A DNA stretch of 26,623 nt from a virus (IMGVR_UViG_3300045250_000014:1-26623), one strand, 5' to 3'; positions 8,392 through 16,116 are shown, counted from the stretch's first letter. The notes: a model not told the origin generated them from the letters alone. Translations and numbers: made by a program.

Positions 8392-8630
8392 CCCCGTCCC
8401 GACGCCCGTTCGAGACACGTCCTTTACCCCGTCCTACACCCCGTTCGACGGACGTCCTTGAGGCGTCTCCGATCCGTCCCTTCATCCGTCCCCCACCCCG
8501 TCCCGACGGACCGATGGACGTAACTCGAACGCCCGTCCCCTACACGTCCCCCACCCCGTACAGCAGCCCGTCCCCCAGCCCCTCGCCGAGACGTGCCGAC
8601 GAACAAGAACAAGAACTTACAACTCACAAC
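8392..8630. repeat. Iteron-like periodic repeats plus A-rich tract; probable replication origin
   Basis: CGT-centred units (mostly CGTCC) at 8395, 8407, 8418, 8430, 8442, 8453, 8464, 8475, 8487, 8499 and 8534, 8545, 8557, 8569; then GAACAAGAACAAGAACTTACAACTCACAAC. Confidence 0.65.
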
Positions 8631-8765
8631 GGTCCGCAGCAATCGGCTGGGAGGTAACCACACCTCGTGCGCGTGAGCGCGAACGAACTCGAGGCTGACT
8701 ACCAGCCCCACCAGGACCACCGACCGGATCACCCGTCGCTCGGTTTGCTGCTTCAAGACTCCAAC

Positions 8766-8804
8766 CCGTCTGGTAGACATGTTGACCTGTCTGTCGGTAG
8801 ACTG
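8766..8804 (+). promoter_or_regulatory. Promoter overlapped by switch-type operators
   Basis: TAGACA-N18-TAGACT (8774-8803); CCGTCT-GGT-AGACAT at 8766 and CTGTCTGTCGG at 8787. Confidence 0.7.
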
Positions 8805-8825
8805 AATCCCAGGAGGAACCACCAG

Positions 8826-9230
8826 ATGCCCATCACAGACCCTCAAGGCGCAGCACTCGCCCAGATCCTTCACCAGATCCGCCGCGACTGGCCCATGCCC
8901 TCGCTCATCGCCCACCTCAAATCCCACGCTGACCACCCCGCACCGTTCGGCGACATTGCGCAGGCTGCGATCACCACCGCCAACGAGCGCGACGCGAAAA
9001 CCCCGCTCCTGATCTGGGATCAAGGCTCACACTGGCCCGAACGCATCCGGGAACGCCTCCCCGCCGGCCCCCGCTGTGAGGACCACACGACAGAGCCCGC
9101 CGCAACCTGCCGGTCCTGCCGCGGGGATGTTCTCGCCGGCGAACGCACCGAAGCCCAGATCGGGAAACGCCTCAACCCCGCACCACCCGTACCAGCCAGC
9201 CAAGCAAGCCGGGCACGAGGGCAGGCATAG
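8826..9230 (+). CDS. Replication-region hypothetical protein with CxxH/CxxC motif
   Basis: AGGAGGAACCACCAG-ATG; IRRDW...KTP...HW...CEDH...CRSC. Confidence 0.75.
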   Translation: MPITDPQGAALAQILHQIRRDWPMPSLIAHLKSHADHPAPFGDIAQAAITTANERDAKTPLLIWDQGSHWPERIRERLPAGPRCEDHTTEPAATCRSCRGDVLAGERTEAQIGKRLNPAPPVPASQASRARGQA

Positions 9231-9365
9231 GGCGGCAACAGTGTTATTTGCCCGCCTCCCGGACGAAAACACCGAACACGCGTACTCGGACACCCAAACA
9301 ATCCCAGACCCGCAAAACGGCACACAGCCGAAGCGCGCCACACACCACCAAAAAAGGAACCACCC

Positions 9366-9563
9366 ATGAGCCACCCGACCACAGAGCCCTCAGCCTGGCG
9401 TGACGACGCAGCCGACGCCGAGCAGTGCGCAACCATCGACCTCGCCTGGGTCGGCCTCGACCACGACGGAGAGGTCGTGTTCCACACCGACGTGACCATC
9501 ACCTCCGCCGAGTTCGCGATCATGCTCAACGCCCTCGCCGACCACGAGGAGGCCACCAAGTGA
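9366..9563 (+). CDS. Hypothetical protein
   Basis: AAGGAACCACCC-ATG; coupled to the next gene. Confidence 0.75.
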   Translation: MSHPTTEPSAWRDDAADAEQCATIDLAWVGLDHDGEVVFHTDVTITSAEFAIMLNALADHEEATK

Positions 9564-9733
9564 GCAGCCGACTGCACCCGCGTACCAGCCTCGCCTCCCT
9601 CAACAGCGCCGACGACCACACCCTCGACGCCACGGAGGTCGCACAGCAGCTCCACGAACTCGCCGACATGCTCGACCAAGAATGGGCCGACTACGAAACC
9701 CACCGCCTCGGCCTGAACGGAGACCAGAAATGA
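9560..9733 (+). CDS. Hypothetical protein
   Basis: GAGGAGG RBS, GTGA overlap. Confidence 0.7.
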   Translation: MSSRLHPRTSLASLNSADDHTLDATEVAQQLHELADMLDQEWADYETHRLGLNGDQK

Positions 9734-10107
9734 GCGCGCCAACCACCACCGACCTCCGCACCATGCTCGACCAGGCCACACCAGGCAATTGGCAGATATG
9801 GAGCGACTTTGACGACAGCACATGGACAATCGGACCCGCTGGCGGCATCTCAGTGGCAGACCTCATCGGCAACCACACTGACGCCCGCCTGATCGCCGCC
9901 GCCCCCGACCTCGCCCAACGCGTCATCGACCAAGAGGCCGCCATCCGGCGCGTGCGTGACATCCACGAGGGCATCGACGCTCTCATGAATCCCGGACCCC
10001 ATGAGCGCCTAGTCAAGGTCTGCTCCGGATGCGGCACTGACGACGGCAACTGGCAGCGCTGGCCCTGCCCCACCATCCGCGCCCTGGACGGCGGTGAGCA
10101 GGGATGA
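9730..10107 (+). CDS. Hypothetical protein
   Basis: ATGA overlap; ATPGNW, DARLIAAAP and CSGC...WPCPTIRAL motifs common in actinophage accessory genes. Confidence 0.75.
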   Translation: MSAPTTTDLRTMLDQATPGNWQIWSDFDDSTWTIGPAGGISVADLIGNHTDARLIAAAPDLAQRVIDQEAAIRRVRDIHEGIDALMNPGPHERLVKVCSGCGTDDGNWQRWPCPTIRALDGGEQG

Positions 10108-10550
10108 GTGGCGTCTGGTGGTGCAGCATCCACGAGGCCTACGAGGAATGCTTCCCCTGCTCAGCCTTCCAAAAGCCGGACGAGGACCGCTGCCATCCGC
10201 AGGGCACCACCCACCCTCCGCTACGCGGACACCGACCACCAGAACGGAGGCACCCCATTACCACCGACGAAACCAGGGAAGCGCTGCGAGACGAGATCTA
10301 CGAGTACGGCGGCGTACGTGAAGACGACGCCTACCGCTACACCAAGGGTGCCGCGAAGAAGGCATTCGAGGACGTTGACGCCGCCCTCACCAAACACGAG
10401 GCCACGATCAAGGCCGATGCTCTGTACTGGGCTGCCCGGAAGCTACGTCAGGGCATCTGGCCCGAGAACGAGGAGCAGGGCGTCATGAACGCTGCACGGG
10501 AACTCGAGGCCCGCGCCGACCGGATCGAGAGCGAGGCCCCCGATGCCTGA
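10104..10550 (+). CDS. Hypothetical protein
   Basis: Translationally coupled ORF. Confidence 0.65.
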   Translation: MSGVWWCSIHEAYEECFPCSAFQKPDEDRCHPQGTTHPPLRGHRPPERRHPITTDETREALRDEIYEYGGVREDDAYRYTKGAAKKAFEDVDAALTKHEATIKADALYWAARKLRQGIWPENEEQGVMNAARELEARADRIESEAPDA

Positions 10551-10851
10551 CTGGACCGGCAAGCAAACCGCTGCGGTAGCGGAGTTCTGCGAGTACGCGA
10601 CGAGCCTGAACCCGGAGGGCTCACGGATCCGCCCGGACGACCTGATTGTTCATGAACGCCTGCACAACGGTGACCCCAAAGAGGACCGACTGGACCTGAC
10701 CGTCGTCGCACTCACCCCGGACATCATCGTCACCGCGACCATCGACTGCTACGGCAACGGCTACTACTGCCACGGGGACATCAACTGGATTCACAACGGG
10801 GCCGACGAAGACTGCACCTGCGACGAATGTGAGAGCGAGGCCCGGGGATGA
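10543..10851 (+). CDS. Hypothetical acidic Cys-containing protein
   Basis: GAGG RBS; overlapping start/stop. Confidence 0.7.
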   Translation: MPDWTGKQTAAVAEFCEYATSLNPEGSRIRPDDLIVHERLHNGDPKEDRLDLTVVALTPDIIVTATIDCYGNGYYCHGDINWIHNGADEDCTCDECESEARG

Positions 10852-11111
10852 GCGAGTACACGCCGGATACGGAAGAGGTCCGTATCAAATACAGACTGTC
10901 TTCGGGGCAGCGCCCTGGAGACTATGACGAGTTCGACCGCTGGCTTGCCGAGGTCAAGGCCGAGGCTGCCGCACGAGCGCTCATCGACTTCGCGGACTCC
11001 ACCCGGATGCCCTTCACCGTATTCCGGGGCGACAATGACGAGCCAATCACCGTGGGCGACCTCCTCCGCGAGACAGCCGCCCACTACGACAAGGAGGCCA
11101 CCGATGAGTGA
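10848..11111 (+). CDS. Hypothetical protein
   Basis: MSEYTPDTEEVR...EFDRWLAEV; ATGA overlap. Confidence 0.75.
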   Translation: MSEYTPDTEEVRIKYRLSSGQRPGDYDEFDRWLAEVKAEAAARALIDFADSTRMPFTVFRGDNDEPITVGDLLRETAAHYDKEATDE

Positions 11112-11250
11112 GTGCGCAACCTGCCAGCGCGGATCCCACGAGTCGTGCACGGGCTACGACGGGTCGATGACCGTGCACCCGGACAGCCTTCCGCTGTGCG
11201 ACTGCCACTGCTGTGATCGGAGGTGGGGACGTGATCATGACGCTGCATGA
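11104..11250 (+). CDS. Small Cys-rich protein
   Basis: AAGGAGG RBS; CATC..H..C...CDCHCC. Confidence 0.65.
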   Translation: MSECATCQRGSHESCTGYDGSMTVHPDSLPLCDCHCCDRRWGRDHDAA

Positions 11251-11389
11251 GCACTGCCACATATGCGAGTGGCTGGGCCGTGAAGCCGAGCGCACTGCAC
11301 TCGAACTCGGCCGAGCGTACTGGGTGTCCGAGACCAACGGTGGCCCTGACCTGCACCGCGCCATCTACGAGAAGGAGGCCACGTCATGA
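11237..11389 (+). CDS. Small hypothetical protein, 50 aa (not in the ORF track)
   Basis: MTLHEHCHICEWLG...YEKEATS; stop overlaps ATG 11386. Confidence 0.6.
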   Translation: MTLHEHCHICEWLGREAERTALELGRAYWVSETNGGPDLHRAIYEKEATS

Positions 11390-11610
11390 CTCCCCCGTTC
11401 ACGGCAGAGCAGGCCCTCGAATGGGCGCGTGAGGACGTGGAGGCGCAGGTGTCTGGCGCCAACGCCCACTCTGAGCGCGACGAAGGCCTACATGAAGCCA
11501 CCCGCATCCTTAACCGCTGGATCAAGCGCGTGCAGGACACCAAGCCGAAGCAGGTCATGCGACGTGAGGCAGACATCCACCGTGTCAGCCGGAAGGACGC
11601 CGACCTATGA
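11386..11610 (+). CDS. Hypothetical protein
   Basis: AAGGAGG RBS. Confidence 0.7.
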   Translation: MTPPFTAEQALEWAREDVEAQVSGANAHSERDEGLHEATRILNRWIKRVQDTKPKQVMRREADIHRVSRKDADL

Positions 11611-11678
11611 CCGCCCGCACCGGTGTCACCCGCGAAGCCCGAACGCTCAACGGGTCCGACGTCGGGCGGGACTCACGC

Positions 11679-12063
11679 TCAGATGTAAACCCTGCCGGAC
11701 GAAAGCTTGTAGATACGCTTTTTGACATTACTGGCACTGTACATTCGAAGCTTAAAGGTCGCGTGCTCACCCTCCTTGAAGCCGTGCTTCGTGAGTGCAA
11801 CGCAGGTCCAGATCCTGCGGGAAGAAGCGGTCCCCCAAATCCGCTTGCCACCACGGTAGAAGCGAACGTCAGCATAACCACGCGCACCAGGCTTGACGCA
11901 GAACTTGTTGTTCGACGCCGCGAACTTGTAATAGATGACTGGCACCGTTGTACGTAGCGGGAATACTCGTACCAGCCTGCGCCGCAGGTGCGGCTGCGAT
12001 CCCGCCCCCGGCCAAGAGACCCAGGGCGATAGCGGCGGTAGTGACCTTGCGTCGGATGCTCAT
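11679..12063 (-). pseudogene. Frameshifted secreted cationic protein (moron)
   Basis: Signal peptide MSIRRKVTTAAIALGLLAGGGIAAAPAAQA in one frame; ordered mature-like sequence (IYYKFAASNNKFC...) continues in another frame from about 11940; lower GC. Confidence 0.65.
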
Positions 12064-12192
12064 GATGATCCATTTCACTTGGTAGAAGACCTGACACGTA
12101 ACAGTGTGTCACCAGCCCGGGCACAACCACAAAAGGAGAGGCCCAGCACCACCTCACGGCAGTACCAGGCCCCACGCACTCACTCAGAAGGG

Positions 12193-12378
12193 TCAGGAAT
12201 CCTTCAGGCCGTCAACAGCGCCCTTCACGGAATCCTTCGCATCCTCAGCCTTGCCCTTCACACCGCCAGCAACCTGCTGCGACTTCCCCTCAGCTTCCTT
12301 CGAGGAATCACCAGTCACCTTCCCGACGGCCTCCTTGGCCTTGCCAACAACCTTGTCCTTCATCTCATCGAAACTCAT
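12193..12378 (-). CDS. CsbD-family stress protein (moron)
   Basis: DKVVGKAKEAVGKVTGD...EAEGKSQQ..G; AAGGAG RBS. Confidence 0.88.
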   Translation of the reverse strand: MSFDEMKDKVVGKAKEAVGKVTGDSSKEAEGKSQQVAGGVKGKAEDAKDSVKGAVDGLKDS

Positions 12379-12479
12379 GACAACTCCTTGACTAGTGCGG
12401 AACCCGCGGCCGGTACGACCGCAGGGGTACTCCAACCTACACACCTCCGATCACCCACACCACCAGCAAAGGGACACCA

Positions 12480-12857
12480 ATGACGAGAAGTAGAGCCTCC
12501 GCGAAGGCCGCCGGCGCACGGTTCGAGAGGCAGATCGCCGACGCGCTCGCCGAACACGTCGACGACCGCATCGACCGCAGAGTCAAAGGCGGGTCCACGG
12601 ACAAGGGTGATATCGGCGGCGTCCGCCACCAAGGGCAACGCGTCGTCATCGAATGCAAGGACACCGCCCGCACCGACCTCGCCGGATGGACCAAAGAGGC
12701 CGAGGCCGAGCGCGTCAACGACCAGGCCCTCGCCGGAATCGTCATCTCCAAACGCCACGGCAAAGGTGATCCCCTCGACCAATGGGTGCACCTCACCGTC
12801 CGTGACCTCATCGCCATACTCAACGGGGAACGGATCCCCCAACCGCCACTAGACTGA
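12480..12857 (+). CDS. Holliday junction resolvase (PD-(D/E)xK, Hjc-like)
   Basis: KAAGARFER...DKGDIGG...VIECK. Confidence 0.8.
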   Translation: MTRSRASAKAAGARFERQIADALAEHVDDRIDRRVKGGSTDKGDIGGVRHQGQRVVIECKDTARTDLAGWTKEAEAERVNDQALAGIVISKRHGKGDPLDQWVHLTVRDLIAILNGERIPQPPLD

Positions 12858-12889
12858 CCGAACATCACTCGCACCCGAAGGAACCACCA

Positions 12890-13192
12890 GTGACTGAATC
12901 AACCCCTGCCCCCGTCAACCCTGGCGAGAGCGCCAACACCGCTCCCGGAGTCGGCATCATCGCTACCGGTTGGACCCTGTCCGCATTCTTCGCCGTCATC
13001 GCGATCATCACGCTCTTCGTCAACCTCACCAACGGCAACGGCTACCTGGACAACGCCGCCGGAGACCTCGCCACCACCAAGGCACTCACCTACGCGGTCA
13101 TCTGGGCCGTGCTCAGCGTGACAGCAGCACTCCTTGCACTCTCCGGACACATCCGCGCCGGGTTCGCCAAGCTCGCCGAGGCCGACAAATGA
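12890..13192 (+). CDS. Two-TM membrane protein
   Basis: Two long hydrophobic segments; GAAGGAACCACCA-GTG. Confidence 0.75.
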   Translation: MTESTPAPVNPGESANTAPGVGIIATGWTLSAFFAVIAIITLFVNLTNGNGYLDNAAGDLATTKALTYAVIWAVLSVTAALLALSGHIRAGFAKLAEADK

Positions 13193-13992
13193 ACCGCCGC
13201 CACCTCGCCCCTGCCCTCCTACTCGCCGCCTGCCTCGCACTCGCCGGATGCGGTGGCGGGAAGAACGAGGCCAAGCCCGTTGGGTCCAGTGCCGGGACGG
13301 CCAAAGCAAAGTCGTACGACGGCGTGGAAGACCTCCGAGACGCCTACATCCGGGCAGGCGGAGAGTGTAACGACTGGAACAAGAGCAATAAGGTCACAGG
13401 AGCTGCGGAGTCTGGGGAGTGCGGTGGAAGTGTGGTCCTTTCCACTTACCTGAGTAGCCAAGCCGCACAAGACCAAGTCAAGACCACAAAGGAAGCACTC
13501 GGCGACACCATCGCACTGCATTGGCTCGTCGGCGAAAACTGGATCATCAACGCGCCCGATGTGGATGACGTGAAGAAGAAGCTCGGTGGAACCATCGTGT
13601 CATCCAGTGGATCATCGGAGTCTCCGTCTGCTGACAAACCAACGTCCAATCCGGCATCCGCGAGTGGTGTCGAAGCGACCTTCAATGTTGTCGATGCATC
13701 TGGCGATATCGCATACGACTTCAAGGGGAAGGTCACCGAGGTCTGGGCGGTTGACGGAGACGGTGACACCGTAGACTTCGATTTCTCAGACCCAGAAGAC
13801 GCCCGCAATGTCAGCGGAACACATCCGTTCGTTGACGCAACCATGGGGAGCGAAGTGACCGCCAGATTCTCAGGGTGGGGGTCTCAGTATGGCGCCGAGT
13901 GTGAGCTGACTTGGGAAGGCGACATCATCACGTCAGATTCGGTAGCGCCTGGTGATGGCGGAAGTATCGACTGCTCTGGAACTATCGAGTAG
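13189..13992 (+). CDS. Lipoprotein
   Basis: MNRRHLAPALLLAACLALAG-C lipobox; two Cys-pair domains joined by a Ser-rich linker. Confidence 0.8.
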   Translation: MNRRHLAPALLLAACLALAGCGGGKNEAKPVGSSAGTAKAKSYDGVEDLRDAYIRAGGECNDWNKSNKVTGAAESGECGGSVVLSTYLSSQAAQDQVKTTKEALGDTIALHWLVGENWIINAPDVDDVKKKLGGTIVSSSGSSESPSADKPTSNPASASGVEATFNVVDASGDIAYDFKGKVTEVWAVDGDGDTVDFDFSDPEDARNVSGTHPFVDATMGSEVTARFSGWGSQYGAECELTWEGDIITSDSVAPGDGGSIDCSGTIE

Positions 13993-14004
13993 CCCCACCC
14001 CGCG

Positions 14005-14037
14005 AGGCCCGTCACCACGGTGACGGGCCTTCCGTTT
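14005..14037 (+). terminator. Intrinsic terminator
   Basis: AGGCCCGTCAC-CACG-GTGACGGGCCT-TCCGTTT. Confidence 0.75.
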
Positions 14038-14047
14038 GCCTAGCTAC

Positions 14048-14121
14048 CTGCCTGCGAGACATATGAACGTGTCTGGTAGTTGACTCCATACCGCGTTGCA
14101 ACTAACCTGTCTACCAGCCAG
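14048..14121 (+). promoter_or_regulatory. Promoter with three switch-type operators
   Basis: TTGACT-N17-TAACCT (14080-14108); operators at 14048, 14069, 14107. Confidence 0.8.
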
Positions 14122-14152
14122 CTTGAGTTGTCTTTCAGTAAGGAACCACCAC

Positions 14153-14320
14153 ATGATCGGCACCCTGAACCCCGCCGCCGACGCCCGCACCGGCATCTAC
14201 GCCGATCCGGAACCCGGCACCCCCGACTGCGACACCTGCTACCTCGCCGGCCACCAGTGCGAGACCTGCTCCGGGGCCGCCGAATACGACCAGTCCCCCG
14301 CCGCACTCTTCACCCGATAG
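14153..14320 (+). CDS. Small CxxC-CxxC protein
   Basis: AAGGAACCACCAC-ATG; CDTC...CETC. Confidence 0.7.
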   Translation: MIGTLNPAADARTGIYADPEPGTPDCDTCYLAGHQCETCSGAAEYDQSPAALFTR

Positions 14321-14328
14321 GAACCACC

Positions 14329-14514
14329 ATGACCACCACACTCGCCCCGGCCCTCACCAAGGCAGACATCATCGAACGCCTCGAATACGAGCGCGACCGC
14401 TTCAACGACCTCGCCGACACCTTCCAGATCGCTGGACTCGGCACCGCACTCGTCGCCGTCCACCGTGACGCCGCGAAACGCATGGACACTCTCATTCAAG
14501 GCGCCGCCGCATGA
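14329..14514 (+). CDS. Hypothetical protein
   Basis: AGGAACCACC-ATG. Confidence 0.7.
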   Translation: MTTTLAPALTKADIIERLEYERDRFNDLADTFQIAGLGTALVAVHRDAAKRMDTLIQGAAA

Positions 14515-14642
14515 GACCCCGCACACTCGCCACCGACCTGACCCGCCTGGCCGACTGGATCACCCGCCACCCAGGCGTTGGCGCCGCCATCATCTGCGCC
14601 GGAATCCTCGGCACCGCACTCATCGAAGGGACCGCAGCATGA
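14511..14642 (+). CDS. Small membrane protein, 43 aa (not in the ORF track)
   Basis: MRPRTLATD...GVGAAIICAGILGTALIEGTAA; ATGA overlaps at both ends. Confidence 0.65.
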   Translation: MRPRTLATDLTRLADWITRHPGVGAAIICAGILGTALIEGTAA

Positions 14643-14758
14643 ACCCGCTCATCATCGCCGCCGCAGCCCTGGGCCTCGTGACCGTCCCCGCGGCCCTCGG
14701 CTACGGCGTCATCATCCTCGCCGACAAGATCAAGCCGAGAGTGAAGGTGCGGCCATGA
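14639..14758 (+). CDS. Small membrane protein, 39 aa
   Basis: MNPLIIAAAALGLVTVPAALGYGVIILA; ATGA overlaps. Confidence 0.65.
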   Translation: MNPLIIAAAALGLVTVPAALGYGVIILADKIKPRVKVRP

Positions 14759-15000
14759 CGTTGCGGGCCTGTGACCTCACCGCTGGCCACATCGGCCAGC
14801 GAGCCGAAATCCGGTGCGACAACTTCGGTGCGACAGGTGTCCTCGTCGGTGTTGTCGGCTACGCCACCAGCCGCGCCGTCGTCCTGCACCTCGCAGACTC
14901 CGGCGCATCCGCAACCTGCACAGTCCCCTGGAACGCAGACGTGACCCTCGGCGACCCGGAAGCGTCCGGCATCGGCTGGTGCGAGGAAGGTGTCGCATGA
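14755..15000 (+). CDS. Hypothetical protein
   Basis: MTLRACDLTAGHIG...; ATGA overlaps. Confidence 0.7.
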   Translation: MTLRACDLTAGHIGQRAEIRCDNFGATGVLVGVVGYATSRAVVLHLADSGASATCTVPWNADVTLGDPEASGIGWCEEGVA

Positions 15001-15710
15001 CCACGTGCACCAACTCGCAATCCTGCCAGCAGGAGACGGCGCCGGGCATGTACCTGTGCCGGGAGTGCGTGAAGCGGCTGTCTCGCCTGATCGGTGAGGC
15101 TGAGCACCTGCTCGTGCTGGCCGGGCATGCGATCTCGAAGCAGGGCTCCAATAGGTCGGCCGGGGGATCATCGGCCTCCGTGTCGTCGGCCCCGATGAAC
15201 CTGGACGCGATGACCTGGCGCGACGCCGTAGCCCGCTGCCTGGACGTGAACGGTTTGGCGGACGCCCGCCAAGACCCGGACCGCCGGGCCTGGGACGCCG
15301 CCCGCTCCGGGAATGCCGGGTATGTGATCGCGGACCTCGACTACAAGGTCGGGCGGCTCACCCGGATCGTGGACCTGCCCGTGGAGCGGCGCAGACTGGC
15401 CGCGTGCGGGGTCGAGGGCTGCACAGGCTCCTACCTCTACACGGACGGTGCCAGCATCGCCACCTGCACCATGTGCCGGGCGACGATGGACATCCACACC
15501 TACCGGGCATGGCAGCTCAACCAGGCGACAGGGACACCCCTGCCGCTCGCCCGCCTCTGCCGTGTCCTATCCAAGGCCGGGGTGAGGGTGAACCCAGCTA
15601 CCGCCCGCAAGTGGGTGGAACGCGGGAAACTCGCCCCCGACAGCATGGACAGCAAGGGCCGAGCCTTGTATACCGCAGATCAAGTCCTCAACCTTGCGAG
15701 TGCAGCATGA
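14997..15710 (+). CDS. Zn-finger/HTH protein, probable late transcription regulator
   Basis: Four Cys pairs; C-terminal PATARKWVERGKL...LY MerR-like HTH; last early gene before the late promoter. Confidence 0.7.
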   Translation: MTTCTNSQSCQQETAPGMYLCRECVKRLSRLIGEAEHLLVLAGHAISKQGSNRSAGGSSASVSSAPMNLDAMTWRDAVARCLDVNGLADARQDPDRRAWDAARSGNAGYVIADLDYKVGRLTRIVDLPVERRRLAACGVEGCTGSYLYTDGASIATCTMCRATMDIHTYRAWQLNQATGTPLPLARLCRVLSKAGVRVNPATARKWVERGKLAPDSMDSKGRALYTADQVLNLASAA

Positions 15711-15730
15711 CGACACGCCGCGCCGAATAC

Positions 15731-15760
15731 TTGCGCGAGCACACTTGTGTCACATATTCT
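15731..15760 (+). promoter_or_regulatory. Probable late promoter
   Basis: TTGCGC-N18-TATTCT with a TGTG-T-CACA palindrome next to the -10. Confidence 0.6.
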
Positions 15761-15763
15761 GTT

Positions 15764-16040
15764 CACAGAATGGCAGTCGTGTCCCCAGAGGACTGACTGC
15801 CTTCTGTGCAAGTGGCCGGGTTGAGCGCGCTGGTGGTTGGTTCCTTCGGGTGGCGCTCCCCGGCCACACCCATACCCGCCGTGCCACCTGACGACAGTCG
15901 CCACCTTCCACGACTGAGAAACGCCCGGCACGGCACATCAACGTGACGGACCCCGGCTCAACCTCTACATGAACACCCGGGCGAGAACGTCACCAGCCCC
16001 GGCGCGGACCGCTGACACAACTCCCGGCCCGCACCGGGGC
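15764..16040 (+). ncRNA. Five-hairpin structured late leader / sRNA array
   Basis: Consecutive stems 15764-15808, 15812-15867, 15878-15934, 15943-15993, 15996-16040; no credible CDS. Confidence 0.65.
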
Positions 16041-16116
16041 CACCAAGCCGCCTCTCCAATCGGCAGGACCCCGGAGCGCGCACCGGAAGATCGTGGTTCG
16101 AATCCACGGGTGGCCA
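16038..16116 (+). tRNA. tRNA-like element (pseudo-tRNA, anticodon not assignable)
   Basis: Perfect GGCCACC/GGTGGCC-A acceptor and CGTGG-TTCGAAT-CCACG T arm; irregular D and anticodon regions. Confidence 0.65.

Noticed and set aside
8392-8580. CRISPR array
   Set aside because: Repeats are only about 5 bp at 11-12 bp spacing; no spacers and no cas genes in the window
8364-8657. 97-aa Pro-rich ORF
   Set aside because: Starts inside a terminator and translates the origin-like repeats; at most a relic
11607-11957. 116-aa plus-strand ORF
   Set aside because: Mostly antisense to the secreted-protein moron; possibly a gene start truncated by that insertion
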